A stretch of 62,662 nt of DNA, the filler included, from Choristocarpus tenellus KU-1152 (lineage: Eukaryota > Protista > Phaeophyceae): NCBI GenBank assembly GCA_964200185.2. It is 11 parts of 11 records of this genome, joined end to end, with 100 filler letters (N's around TTAATTAATTAA, not from the genome) between each part and the next. Parts side by side here need not be neighbours in the genome. Positions count along the whole stretch, not along the records: positions 1 to 13,014 come from CAXNAD020001616.1; 10 more parts are not named here. One strand, written 5' to 3'. The translations under genes were made by a program, and so were the position numbers. This document shows positions 1-13,114 of this stretch, in pieces. The notes beneath the pieces are model-generated. The model saw only the letters and a list, made by a program, of their open reading frames with translations. It was not told where the DNA came from and made no database searches. The first letter of the stretch is position 1. Each line of letters starts with the position of its first letter.

Positions 1-192
1 GATGTTTTATGACATATTCCCGCCCCAAAATGTTCAGGAGTAGGTGAAGTGTATATGTTGTGAAAAGGTGTGTCCGGAACATGGATGCTGACACTCCCTA
101 ACAAATACGATAGCCAAAATTACATCAAAATCACAGCATTCGATTTTGACCCCCAAATGGACGCGGCTCTACCCTCTAAGATACTTTGACTC
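1..192 (+). mobile_element. MITE family A copy (5' part outside window)
   Basis: Aligns by eye with 32240-32508, 36262-36528 and the reverse complement of 48376-48633. Ends in right TIR TACCCTCTAAGATACTTTGACTC. Confidence 0.85.
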
Positions 193-1719
193 AAAATGAA
201 TAACGAAACTAGGGATAAGTACCCCCACATAGAAGTAGGTTAATCATCTCCAAAGGGTTACAAAAGTAGATATCAACACGATGTACCTACTGTTAGTAGT
301 GTGTAGTCATATCGCACCCCTTTCCTACTCTCTGTGTACGTATGTTGAGAGATCCGAAAGTTTAGAAAATAGCCCTCTAGTTGAAAGGGGTAATGTTATA
401 TATTGAGGAAAAAGCGAACAGATTGCAAAACTCATCGATGTTCAATTCGGGCACGACAATTTCTCAAGGTAGCCAGCGTCCTTCGTATAGGTCCCTATTA
501 TCGCTTGTTTAGAAAGCGTATACAAAAAGCAAAGGAACGCTCCACCTCACTCCCAGAACGTACTCCTGCTGTGATTTTAAGGTCTCGCTGCCTTTTGCAA
601 TAAAATACTACGTACATTACTACACATCAACTAAAACTTAAATAAATATAGATAGTGGAGATTGCCCTTGACGATTTATCGGTTCATTTTATTGTGGACT
701 TTATGATATTATTCATGCCCACGAACATTTTGTATATATGCTGTCATGGGGGGGGGTAAGAGAAACAACATTAAAAGTTCGAGAATTCGATAAATAATGT
801 GAAAATAACAGCTTTATGTACTGCGAACAACAAAAAAGGGCCTTCTATATAATATACAGTTGTATATTTTGAAACAATCGTCCCACTCCATCCACAGTAG
901 CAATCTATATAGTAGTACTTGCATTTTATCAAGACAATCAAGAAACTTGCAGATGACGCACGCAACTAACTACTCTCCTAGCCAGGCTTTATTATGAGGT
1001 GGTCTGGAAAACAACGGAAGAATTCCTCGAGTGTTGTCAAGTCCCGCATCGCAACATGACGTACATGACACTGCTAGAAGTTGCCACTTATTATATGCAA
1101 TTAGAAATTTACTTTTACGTGAGGAACAAAACAGAAGTGGGTAGCGCATGTAGATGTATGGGTTCTTCATCTTCATGGGGTTATAAAATCAGATTCTAAT
1201 TAGAACACAACAAAGCCAGAGATTTACGCAAAATAATCCATAGCAAATAGGTGGAATTAACCCTACCTTGTTATGGAAACAATAATATGGGGTGAGGGGG
1301 AGAGGAAAATTAAAGTTGAAGGGTCAGTACGTGTCGTACTGAATCAGACATCAACTTGAGCTCTAAATTAACTAATGAACGTACCTTTGTGAGGTAGATG
1401 TATCTTTGCAAAATTGGTGGTTGAGTTTATAGGTTTACATAGATTGAAATTGTGGATGGATATTATTTTCACCGGGTGGAGATGTTGTGTTGTGAAATTT
1501 GCAGGTAGGCGCGATAGTTATCCTTGTATATATACGTGTAGGAGGGATGAAAATGTTTATTTAGTTGCAAAATTATAGTTGCTATATGTGTTTTTGAGGT
1601 GTATTCTATGTGTAGGAGTAGGGTCGAACTTTCGTCCACCGGTCTAGAATTGTAGTTAGAGACGATTTGACAAGGTGGAGATGTTGTTATGTCGACTGTT
1701 CAAGTGTTTTGTTTGTGGT

Positions 1720-2450
1720 CATCCTTGCATGTATTTGTTGCCCGTGCAGTATAGATCAACTTGATCTTCCAGAGTAGTAGAATGCAGTAAGTTCTAAATG
1801 AAATAACAATAATCCGACACAAAATACAAGAATAATTGGTTCGCCTGATGTGTAAGCAGATTTGCAATTTGTGGTATTGCGGCAGGGATTGCTCTTTCAT
1901 TCTCACCATCAATAAGAGTAGACCTTACATTAAGGTCAGCTAAGTGATGTGTCTTTCTCTTTGTACTCCATCAATTGTAAATTTCGTGGTATTAGGACCG
2001 CTAAGTCACGCAATGGATTCTTCCGAAGCCATGTGAGGATGATGTATGAAGTTTGTAGTTTGGCACAATAGGGTGTCATAATGTGTTCAGATGCTCTTGG
2101 CACATCACCACTCTTGGTCAGAAATGGAAACGTTTGATACCACAGATGGGCAGGTAAGGAATGTTCGGTTTAGGTATAGTTATGAGGGAGTTCATTTGGA
2201 CTCCATACTATTCGCCCTAGAAAACATTTTCAAGGTGTGTAGATCTCCAAGGGGCATCTACCAGTCTGTTTGGAAGTTAAATCCCCGTTCAACAGCATTG
2301 TGACAATGCATACCACCAGTGCATTCCCAATAACTACTCCAAGTATGAATTACTGTGAGTGCGGGCACTGACACTCTATTATAAAGGATTTTGTGTACAG
2401 AGAATATGGTAGTTATGGACAGAGTCGTGGAATATGTAAGGGTGTATTGG
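1720..2450 (-). mobile_element. Possible degenerate hAT-type DNA transposase remnant
   Basis: Minus-strand fragments broken by stops and frameshifts: CTGGMHCHNAVERGF (CxxH-like), SRANS (TRWNS-like), ISDQEW*CAKSI/EHIMTPY (EW...L.PF-like). They occur in the order expected for hAT transposases. Confidence 0.3.
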
Positions 2451-3004
2451 GTGTTGGTGCACTACACCTAGGTTTATCTTCGATACCCTCAATACAGAGT
2501 TACAGTCACTTCTCTCTTTTTGCCTCATTTTTTCTTCTTCACTGGTATTTATATTTTTGGAGTGTTTTGTACTCCTTTCTTCTGATGACCGCTTGACTCA
2601 ATTCTCTGTGGAACCCTTCAAACTTCTCCGAATAATGAAGAAATTTATTCATCGTACCCTCCAGGCACAGCCCACACAACCCCTGTGTATGCCTTTTCCC
2701 CTTGGTGCTGCTTGAGCACCGAGATTTCTACCTGGTGGTGGAGCTTGTCCTCCTCCTTTCCTCCAAGCGTAGCCCATGCAATCAACCCCCTGAACTTTCT
2801 CCTGGTGCTACGGCTACTCGCATGCACTTAGCTGGGGGTCATAAATTGCATAGGCAGGCATAGACCCCCCTGACACAACCCCCCCCCGCCCATTTTCTCC
2901 TGGTACTGATGGAGCCACCAAGGCTGCCAGCTGTTGGAGCTTCTCAACTTTCCCCCCCAACCATGGTCCAGACCGTTCCCCCATGTTCCTTTCCTCCTAG
3001 TACT

Positions 3005-3262
3005 GAGTCAGAGTAAACGAGAGGTACCCGGAGTTGAATTTTTAGGATGCTGACAAGTATATGCAAAATTCGTCTTTTTTACCAATATGTGTAGAATATT
3101 TTGTGAAATGTGTAATTTTTTTTCAAACAAATAGAGAAATAAACGCTCTCAGGTCAAACTTAGAGCTTCATCCAGAGAATCATGGGTGGGTGTTGAAGGT
3201 TGGAAAACAGACTTAAAATGGAAATCGGCCTAAACCTTGGAACCTCTCATTTACTTTGGCTC
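3005..3262 (+). mobile_element. MITE family C, full length, TSD ACT
   Basis: TIRs GAGTCAGAGTAAACGAGAGGTACC ... GGAACCTCTCATTTACTTTGGCTC, with ACT on both flanks. Second copy at 20485-20759. Confidence 0.85.
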
Positions 3263-5622
3263 ACTGCTCGAGCAGCGTGGTTGGTAGTTGGCGGATCTTC
3301 TCCTTACCTTTCCACACAAGCAGAGCCCCCCCAGGTTTACCTGGGCACACCTCCCCGCTGTTTCTTTTCTCCTGAATGTCCTTCCTGGAGCACTGTTTCT
3401 ACTAGCTGGCAGAATTTCCCCCTCTGCCCCCTAACATAGCCCCCCTGTTACCCAACATTATTTGCCTTCACTACCCCATCCTGGTCACAAAAGTCTGGCA
3501 GTAGCCCATTATTGTTGTTGCAAGTGAGAGACACTAACACTTAACAGGACTATCACAACAACATCGTCTCTGCGTGTTTTTTTAATTCGCTTAACTTAAC
3601 GGGTGCAATCCTGTTGACAGAGTGTAATAATGGTCGTGAGGTGCAGAGACGAAGCACACCAGAGCATGTTCGGAAGAACACCCCTGCAGAGAAAGGATGG
3701 GCATCTTTGCCACAAAATCTGACGAAAATAGTTAAAACACACTAACACAACCGTAATAAAACAATCTATTAATAGTGACAAATATGCTGACACGGAACTA
3801 TTGCACAAGATTTGAGGGAGGAGGTGGAGCGACGAGTAGTGTGATGGATGGCTGTACCCAAGGCATGAGATGAAAAGCACGAACGGAGGTAGTAATAGCT
3901 GTCATAGCACTACAACCGTTATTTACTACTAGGTGGTATGAGAAGTGCCGCAGGGTTTATGATGTGACTCCTACCACTACTGGTCGGGACAGTCCCCAGA
4001 CTATAGTGAAGATGTGAAGACATTTTAAGCGGTAGTACAAACTTTAGATGGAGTTTTGAAGGTTTCTTAGGTACAGGTTAAAGACTAAACATGAGTACAT
4101 AGGTATCAACTAACGCAATGGTAAAAATTGAAGTGCTTCATTTAAAATATTTAGTATTACACTGTAGTCAAGGTTCCGTTTCAGCAACACCACTCACTCT
4201 AAAACCTAAACTAGAAGTTGAATAGATCGCAAAAAAGTAAACCAAACGCGAGAAACTGCGTTTATTTCTAAACTAGGCCTAACTACAGAAAACGAGATAA
4301 AACAAAAACTCCTCAAATCCAAAAAATCGCTTCAACTCCCCAGTACTTTCCCTTCTTCTAAAATTATAATGATATTGCAAACCCACGCAGTTGTGGTATA
4401 GACACTTTGACCCCTCCTGGGATGCCATGGCATCCCAGGAGGAGGAAGTGGAAGTTAGTGAAACATTAACACTCCACATCAACTGCTGGGAATTAAAGAG
4501 AACATCTGGCAGCTACTAGAGTCCTGCCCACCATGTTCTGGAGAACGTCGGGAGAACTCACATATAGTAGTACAGTAGATGCTCTGATTATACCCTCTCT
4601 AGGTGCAATAAATGAATGAATGCTAATTATGGCGTTGACTGGCTAAATTCCAATACATTTCAAAACAACTTGGGTTCCTAAAATTCACCACTGCAATGTT
4701 CGATTCAATAATCTTGATACATCATTTCTCTTCACCGGTCGGTGGAGTACAGTGAACCGCAGAGGCCCAATTATAGAAGTCGTGCATACACATAAATGTG
4801 GTACGCATCGGTGGCCTAGAAAAATGTCATGGAGGCTGCAAAACACAGTTACTAATATATGGTGTGCGCTGACTACTGCCTGGATCTCTAACACCAGCTC
4901 GGCTAATGACTTCAGCCTGTCAAGATGTGCGAATGGGATGGAGGGTAGCATGAGGGGACATCCCATGCCTTGCCTCTAAGAAGGTAAGACACTGATTTCT
5001 TGGTCTGAAGAAAATGGGCTTGGCAGTTGAGGACTGGATTCAAATTCAAGGAGGCAATGGACTCGCCTGTGTGACTGTCAGGTACCATATTCGGCATCTT
5101 ACCCTTGGACTTGACCACATATATTTATCAAGTAACGGACCAATTGGTAAAGGTACCAGGGTACCATCTAGTACCTGAAGCTTATCTCATTGAAGAATAC
5201 ATGTTGCTTGGCAAAGATCACCGGCATCACAATGTAATGTGCAGAAAATGTCAGGAAGACTGGTGCTACGATCGAACAAGCAATCACAAACTCCGGAGTA
5301 CAAAAGTTATCCACTCCTGTACAATGCAACACGACAATTCTTCAATGACAACACTTTACTGAAGTGGGATGGAATGAAGTGATTACCAAATAAGGGAATG
5401 CGAGGGCCTTGTGAATGGAGACATTGGTCCGAATTCCAAAGTGCACTACGTAGCTCATTGAGTAGAACAAACATGGAGCCACACTATCAATCTTACCCCA
5501 AAACATACTATGCCCTGGGGGAACCTCTCTGGTCATTGACACCCCAACAACAAGAAGAGGACATGGGTTTACAACCTCCTTGAGTGTGTTGCTGAGATCA
5601 AAGCAAAATCCTTCATGGACAA

Positions 5623-8600
5623 CTATTCAGACGTGGAGTTCACTCCACTTCCCCTACCCACGTGAAAGAAACCGCCATTGGCAAGTTCCAGAGCTCTCCT
5701 CCTTGGTATCCCACCAGGAGCCATTACATGCACCCCTGCCACCCCTCCAGAATCACCTAAACTTCGCAGTCTAGCAAACGTCATCTTAAACCAAGAGTCT
5801 CCATACTCCCTTGACCCCTCCCCTTTGCTCGACATGTCTACAGAGTTGGCATCCCCCTCCCCCCCAACAGCTGAAGATGCCTCAACCCGTAGGGGGTTGG
5901 TCTTGGCAACACCGCAGAGATCAAGCCAAAAGTTGAGACCGACTGGGGAGGTGATGATGGGTAGACCCACAATAATCTTGGCACCTTTTAAGCACCCTTC
6001 CCCACTGCAAAGGATGCCTGCATCTTTCACATCGCGTAACCACCTTTTGACACCATGGAGGAAATAGAACAGGCAACAAGGGTGAGTTGAGTTGGTTGCA
6101 GGTCAAATCATGGGCATGGGGTCTCATTGACTATAAATAATGCAGTTGAACAACACATCACTATGTGTGTTTCCAAGGACAATATCAAGTGAATGCATCG
6201 TGCTTCTTTCCCTTAGTGAGTGGGCAGGCGTATAAGTGATTCAAAAAGGAGACACTCTGGTATTTGTCCCTGAGCCATGGAGGATTCTGAGCCAAATACA
6301 TTTTGACAGTTAAATTGTTAGTTGTCACTGCCTGAACACAGTACTCCCTCCCTCACCCTCTAGCACACGTTTTCTGGTAAGGTACAGGTCTTGAGCAAGT
6401 ACACAGAGACCGCTAGAGCGAGGACCTTGACCTATTTAAAGTCCCATCAAAAAAACTTGCCTACAGTGACAAAGCAAAACTTCTGATAATAAAGCACTCA
6501 TAAATTACCCTCCAAAAAGGGATGGTTACAGCAACCAAACATCAAAAAAAGTTGGAGAAAGCAGGTCGCATCCCCCTTCTATACAAGCGGAAAATCTAAT
6601 CCTTCAACTCCGTGTCACCCCCCTCTCTCATCGCCGTTTCAGGATACTTCGTAAAATTTCTGCTAGCTTTGTCCCCACCCACACAACCCTCCCAAACTGC
6701 TTACCGTACGAATTCACAGAGGTCAACGGGAACTGGACTCGACAGCACCTACCCAAACTGCCTACCCCCTTGCCCCCAACTCAAGCACCACCCATCACTA
6801 CCTTTAGACATCACCCTTGCCCCCTCAAATTCAATCTTGGTTCCACTGCCCCACCACTAACCGTTCGAATGGTCTCCAAGCAAGCGGAGGTTGGGTGATA
6901 ATCACTTCTGCCCCAAGATCAACTTTGCGCTGGAGATAGGCGATTCCGGCGCAGATCCTTTTGTGGTTCCCTACTTTGCCTTCCTCTTCTTCCACACTAC
7001 CTTCCAGCATCGGGTTTGCTACTGTCCATAAGGACACTTGCTTGGGCAGGAGTCCACTGCGAGAGGTATTGGGTTTTGTTCGGTATGCAGTTGATGTACT
7101 TCCCGTGGGGCAAAGGGGTAGGGGATGGGGGGTTGCCTATTCCCCGCCCCTTCTTTGCTGCGCTTGGGAGTAGAGGATGATTGCTAGTGGCAAGTCGTTT
7201 GTGGCATGATACTCAACAAAGGTCATAGGGTACTGCAAAGCAACCCAGAGTCTCTCTATGTAAGTATTTACGTATGTATGTTCCATGCTAAGCACTGGGA
7301 GGACAAAAGGAAAAGTCATGCCGACACAAGCAACATTTGAAGGAAGTGTTGCAAGAGCTCTTGCATGCACAGCCACACTTCATTGAAGGGTGAACGTCAA
7401 AGCTCCCCTGGAGTACAGTGTTGCACCTTGGGATCAATGAAAGGGTTGTCCCTCAGGTGATATCGAAGATTCGCTACTACACTAACCACATAGAGTTAGA
7501 CTTAAGTACTTGGTGCTGAGAGTTTGTTGCAGCAGTGTAATGTATGGATAAGGCAGTCCAGGCCTAGTCTAGGGTCCCATACACATAGGAAAAATAGGAA
7601 TTAAACCAATTACATACACATACAACACATACCACAAATACAGACGCCTTCAAGCACCTCTGAACCCACCACCTCACCTACCCCTACCTTTGTCCAAACG
7701 CATCTGCCATCCACCAACACCGAGTATTACAACTGCCACGCACCTTTTAAAGTAGTCAACCCACAACCACATCGCACTCGAGCACCAAATCGCATCGATA
7801 CTAACAGTACAAGCACTCAAAAGCAATACGCCTAGCGATGCACTACCAACCCCCCGAAAAATATAAAAGCAAGCACCTCCGAGAAACTTACTAGCTCAAG
7901 TCAGAGTATGGTTCATGCTTGGTAAGGGATGTTCCCACTTGGTCTTACTTGCGCTTCATTTGGTCCACCAATCGTAACTCATCCAGGGTATCAGGGAGCA
8001 CACGCCTTGCAAATGGTAGGTGTCGGACTGGGTGACTCCCTGACATGAGCAGAAGGGCATCTGCAGGTCTAACCCCAGGGATGGGTCTGCCCTCTGAGTC
8101 AACCCCAGCTGCTGCAGCAAGCCTTTTCTTGAGGGACTGGGCGGTAGTGAGGCAGGAGAATTGGGTGAGGTGCAAGTGGAAATGGTCAGCTGTGATAGGT
8201 TTGTTACGCATGTCTGGTGGGTATGTGGTTGTTGTGATGCGACAAGGTCAGCATTTGAAAACCGCAAAATAGTTGTTTCATTTGCACCCTGTCCTGCTGT
8301 AGTAGTTCTTTACGTTGTTTCAAACTGATTTGCACCTACTTTATTCAAATATCAAATGATGTGGAGTAGAAGAACTTACAGCTCCTAGGTTAGGCTGGTC
8401 TTTGAAACATAGCAATTATTCAATGGAGTATTTGGTCTAATCAGACTAATATAATTGTGCAGCCCCAGTGAATCATACAGACATAATCATTACACCTTCC
8501 ACCCTCTTGGCTCAGTTAAGACCGTGAAAATGAGAACCAAAGCATTTTAGAGGGTAGGGGTTTTGCCCTGTTTGTCCATTCAAGGCTTGGCTTACCACCG

Positions 8601-10780
8601 TTTTCTTATGCCCTTTTTCGGCGTTCTGTGTGAACACAGCTACCTAAAATGTATACAACAATGAAAGGTGTGTTCGGAGCAAGGATATTAACACTTACTA
8701 ACAAATACAATAGCCAAAGCTCATCAGAGTCGCAACATTGGATTTACGTGATGTTTTGTTCGATCCAACTTCTCTAGTCTTGTGGTGCGACCCTTAAACA
8801 GGGCTCTTCTTGCCACTTGTGCATGCATCATGTAGTATCAAGCCCTTAACCCCCCCCCCCCCCAGCGTTTGTCTGTTACCAGTACCCGATCTCATCCTCA
8901 CCCTACTGCTCGTGCGCTTGGCTGCTCGAAAGATTCATATCCAAACACTTTTCCTTTCTGAGGTGCTATTTTAGGGTAAATTGCACAAACTGTTACATAC
9001 TTTAAACAAACAAAGCTCTGGTAGGTTAGGCTGGCTGTATGCGACACTGTGCAATAACCACTACTGCTTCTCCTCCATGTTGTGCATTTGATAACCATCT
9101 CATACTTTGTGTGGTTATGCTACTGTTACCGGCTATCACAACTCATGCCAACTGCATGCAGCATTCACGTGGGGGGCTGGGTCTGTCGTATGCCAACCCC
9201 AACCAGCTCACACCTTATCTTCGCGGCCTCTAGGTCTTGCACATCTAATAGCCGTTTCATACGCCTGGTTGCAGTCTTGTGCCTTGTATGTTCTGATGAT
9301 AATGAATAATGACTGCTTTACTGCATAACAAGTGTGTTCTTGCGGAAGGTGTATGCCTTGTCACACACATGGGATCCTCAAGCTGGACCAACGGTTACTC
9401 ACTGTGGAGAGTCATAAAGAGCAGAGAACAAACCCCACTGATTGCGCCACGCGCGCCTGTTGAAAATGAATACATAATAACATGGTTTGCACAGCGATAT
9501 CATCTTTCAATACATCACCTCAAGGTAGGTAACAAGTTTGTTCTTTCTTCCTAACAACAACAAGGCGGTTGAATGCATAATGAACACACCATGATCCGGA
9601 ATTTAGAGTTTAAACTGAGGTAAGAACGTTCTTAGTATTCCTTACAGTCCGAGTGCAAAACAACATATCAAATACACAATCCCGTCAGTTTTCATGGAAT
9701 GTTGTAGCTCATGATGCTTATGATATTACTCAAACGCTGCCATGCAATATTTTGTCCTTATCCTCACTTCCTCTCGAGCGCAGCGCTACCTAAGTATATG
9801 GTAGCTAGACTTAGCCCACTGTTACCCGCAATGTTCGCCTATTCTGAAACGTCGATTCTGCACCGGGTCAAACTTTCAACAAAGCAAATATGAGTATAAA
9901 TATGCACCTCCAGGGCTTAAAGCAGGTCTCACACATGAACAGCAATGTACACAGCAGAACTTGACTAGAGGGAACGAAGGGCAGGGTTATGGAAGGTGTA
10001 CTCAGTTACTCCTGAGACGATGGCCTTAACCAAACAAGTTGCTGCCCAGAACAGGGTACATTCAACGTTGGGGATCCTTTTAGCGCTTTTCTCACCCTTT
10101 GTCGGCTGGTCTGCACGGGAACGGAACGGACGAGACAGTGGTTGTCACCCCCCATGAGCGCTTTGCCACCGGTCTCGTCTACCGCCCTTTTCCAGAGTTC
10201 ATCCCCTTTTCGCCGGTACATGCCAACGCAGGAGAAAGCTGCAGCTTTGGCGCTCTTGGCGAAAGCTGCAAGAAGATCGGCAAGTGTCCTGGCAGGAGGA
10301 AGGGTGGGGTACACCTGTGCAGCGAAATCACCACTGGGAACGACCAAGGTGTAGGAAAAGGGGGCGCGACTTGAATTCACGTTTTTTGTCTGAAAGTGCA
10401 CACGTTTACACCCAAATATATTCAATTTATTATCTAAGTGCTCGTCGTGGTTGGTAGGTAGTTCGTCTAAATTACAGTGACTGTTCGTAGACATAGGAAG
10501 TCATTGCATTTGATTGTTCAGCTGTACTTTGCGATTCTCACCTTTCCCAGAGAGCCCAATCCCTCCCTATATGACTCCCTGTTGCGCGTTCGAGAGTGAT
10601 AACGAAGCGTCCACCGTCAAACAGTGCGGCAACAGCATCATTCGAGAATCTACCACATGAGCCCTGACATTTCCTAGACACGGAGTTGTGGAGCAACACC
10701 TTTGGCGCATTGGGAATCACACAGCTAGAGACAAAGCATCTGGAGGCACCAATTACTGTCGCTGGAAGGTCGAAGCGCAT
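5623..10780 (-). CDS. Spliced MTHFR/MetF-fold (FAD-linked oxidoreductase-like) protein, non-canonical
   Basis: GT-AG exons 10780-10542, 10333-10096, (unresolved exon(s) within 8190-10095), 8189-7949, 7056-6862, 6043-5623 (TAG). Phases match at every resolved junction. Motifs HLTQFSC, LLLMSGSHP, LWTVANP, YLQRKVDLGAEVIITQPP, IIVGLPIITS..LNFWLDLCGV and GVAGVHVM follow the MetF TIM-barrel order. Confidence 0.8.
8534..8745 (+). mobile_element. MITE family A copy, 3'-truncated, intronic
   Basis: Left TIR-like GAACCAAAGCATTTTAGAGGGTA and body similar to the other family A copies. Confidence 0.75.
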
Positions 10781-11185
10781 ATCGTGCAAGAGCTTAAATT
10801 TCACAAGATGTACATGTCGCCAAAAGGATCCTAAATTAGACAGTTCCTTTGAAGGTCGTAGTGAGGGAGGTTTTGAAGTTGATTTGTTGTGACACTGTTC
10901 TTAATTTGGGTATGTAAACGTTCCGAGCAGTAACAAACAGATTTCTAAAGGTTAGGCCGATAATCGCCTATGATTGATGGAGGAAAGAGAAAAGTTGAAT
11001 CGATTGGTAGATCAGAAAAATGACAAGTGACGACAAAGTTGAGAATTGGTTGTGTCCTCTTGTTCGACTGTACTACTGCGGTCGGATATAAGCGTGATGT
11101 TGTTGGGAGGGTAGAGGCACAAAGAAATTTGGAGGTCGCCAGAAAGAGAAATCGCTTGTGCAAATTTTTGGGAAGGAGAGAAGGG
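10781..11185. promoter_or_regulatory. Short divergent (bidirectional) promoter region
   Basis: About 400 nt between the inferred ATGs of two oppositely oriented genes. Inferred from geometry only. Confidence 0.45.
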
Positions 11186-12155
11186 ATGGGCCGCCTCTTT
11201 CGCTTGATTCAGGAAGATGGGAAGAGGGAGGGAAAAGGCGTACTACTTGCCACACTAGGTACTGTGACGGGCCTACTGCTTTTGGCATTTGGTTACCTAC
11301 GCGCCAACTCAGTGTTGTCTTACGCTCAACATGCGCAGAGTGTTGGAGTATCTCCTTCCCCGTTGGGTATCATTGAGAACTTTCAGGACACTACATGGGA
11401 GTTGGCGGAGGGCTCGGAGTTGAAATTACGAGTGTACAACTCCTACACAAATGACCACCCAATTACTATCTATCCGTGGGAGCACATTGCTGAGCCTTAC
11501 AAGGTCTCCAGCATGGAAATCGTAGGTGGAGCGGAGCCGAATGAAGAATTGGATTATCGGTGAGGATGTTAACCCCAAAGCCAGCCCTTCTAGCAAGATT
11601 GATAACCCATATCCTATTAACGTTGGTATTTATCAATCGTGTCGTTTCATTCCTTGGGTAGCGCACATTCCTGTACAAAGGATCCATCGTCACTCAGGGA
11701 CAAACCGATGTCCTTTCAGAGGCATCATATTGGATGGGGAAAAAAACAGATTTTATAATTCAATGCTTGTCAGTAGGATTACCTGTTGGTACTCCTCAAG
11801 GATCCTCCTACATTACATTGGTATGTTCCTTCTTTCTCCATGGCAAGATCTACCGAATGTTCCAGCATCACTTCGTCCATCATACATCGAATTTATGTGG
11901 TCTAATCAATCAAATCAATTGCATGGAACCGATCCCCCTCCTCTTCTGTATCCCATCTTCCTGGAATACAGGCCTGTTTTGAATTCTCATCTATTCCCAA
12001 CTTGTCTCTGTCAATCCTAATGACCAACGACCTCCGACTTGACCACGTGCCGTACTGTTTGCGCTGTGATTAACTGAAGGTGGGAAGTGGACGGTCACCT
12101 ACAGGGATATGGGTTAGAGGCTGAGGTGTTGTTCACCGAAATCGGTACCCACAAT
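11186..12155 (+). CDS. Tyrosinase-like (type-3 copper family) protein, N-terminal exons only
   Basis: Exons 11186-11559 and 12080-12155, GT-AG, phase-consistent. N-terminal TM anchor, then YNSYT...YPWEHIAEPYK...DYRWEVDG..G....VLFTEIGTHN, which resembles the N-terminal region of stramenopile tyrosinase-like proteins. The copper domain lies beyond the contig end. Confidence 0.6.
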
Positions 12156-13014
12156 GTAAGTTTCCCTTGATAGATGGATTGCATGTTGCATATTATATTA
12201 TTCGTGTTACTCATTGACAATCCCGTTTTGCAAGCTTGGACATTATAGGTCCCCTACGTTGACCCTTAGTCGCCATGGAGGTGGCAGCGTCAGTGCAAAC
12301 AGAAATGTTATTTGGAGATTGGGGAGATAAATGTACAAAAACGTGAAGACTTGTGCGAACGTGGCATACTAGTCATTCCAGTATATTTAAAGGCAATTCC
12401 TGCTGGACTGTTGCACATCGCAAGTTTCTCAGTGATTACTCCTCCCCCCTGCTGTTTGTGTTGTCCCGGTGTTTCAATAAGGAAACTGAAAGTAGGCATG
12501 TTGCAATACAAGAGGTGTGAGCAGAGCTTCCGCTTTTTAGAAATCTTCCAATACACGGATCAGAGCATCTTTGAGGTCAAAGGTCTATATTTTTTCATTG
12601 GGCTTGTCCAGATGAAGCTCTGATCTCAACCAATGAAACCTCTGGAATGAAGTCATACTTTGGAGCAGTTTGTAGACTGATGTATTTTTGCGGTTCATGA
12701 CTCACAAGCGTTGGTATGGATGGGACTGGATGAGCCCAGTGCACAGCCCAACAGAGGAGAAGCACAGCCCATTTTTTTTATGGAGGATGGGTAGAGGGGG
12801 AGGATTTCAAAGAGGGTGCATGCTAGAAATATAGTGGTGAGGGGAATAACAGAGAGGGATTTGTATTCAATACTTCACATCCATATCACAGCACGAATGG
12901 AAAGATGACTTCTACCACGTTTATTTTCACTCCTCTCTACTATAATACCAATCTCCTTTTCCTTCTCACATATCTTGAACACCCCACTATTGTTCCCCCC
13001 CCTCGACCCCTCAC

Positions 13015-13114
13015 NNNNNNNNNNNNNNNNNNNNNNNNNNNNNNNNNNNNNNNNNNNNTTAATTAATTAANNNNNNNNNNNNNNNNNNNNNNNNNNNNNN
13101 NNNNNNNNNNNNNN
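13015..13114. other. Artificial contig spacer
   Basis: 44N-TTAATTAATTAA-44N; the linker gives stop codons in all six frames. Confidence 0.97.

Noticed and set aside
380-630. Possible PPT plus solo/3' LTR (TTGAAAGGGG...TGTT..., AATAAA)
   Set aside because: No second LTR, PBS or TSD is visible; support is insufficient.
4700-5600. Possible non-LTR retrotransposon C-terminal remnant
   Set aside because: Looks coding-derived with scattered stops, but no diagnostic RT or endonuclease motif could be read.
5678-6067. 129-aa plus-strand ORF; likewise 53289-53801 (+) and 13827-14535 (-)
   Set aside because: Antisense shadows of real exons.
8190-10095. Candidate extra exons of the MetF-like gene near 8901-8956 and 9213-9293
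   Set aside because: No combination with compatible phases (0 in, 1 out) could be established by eye.
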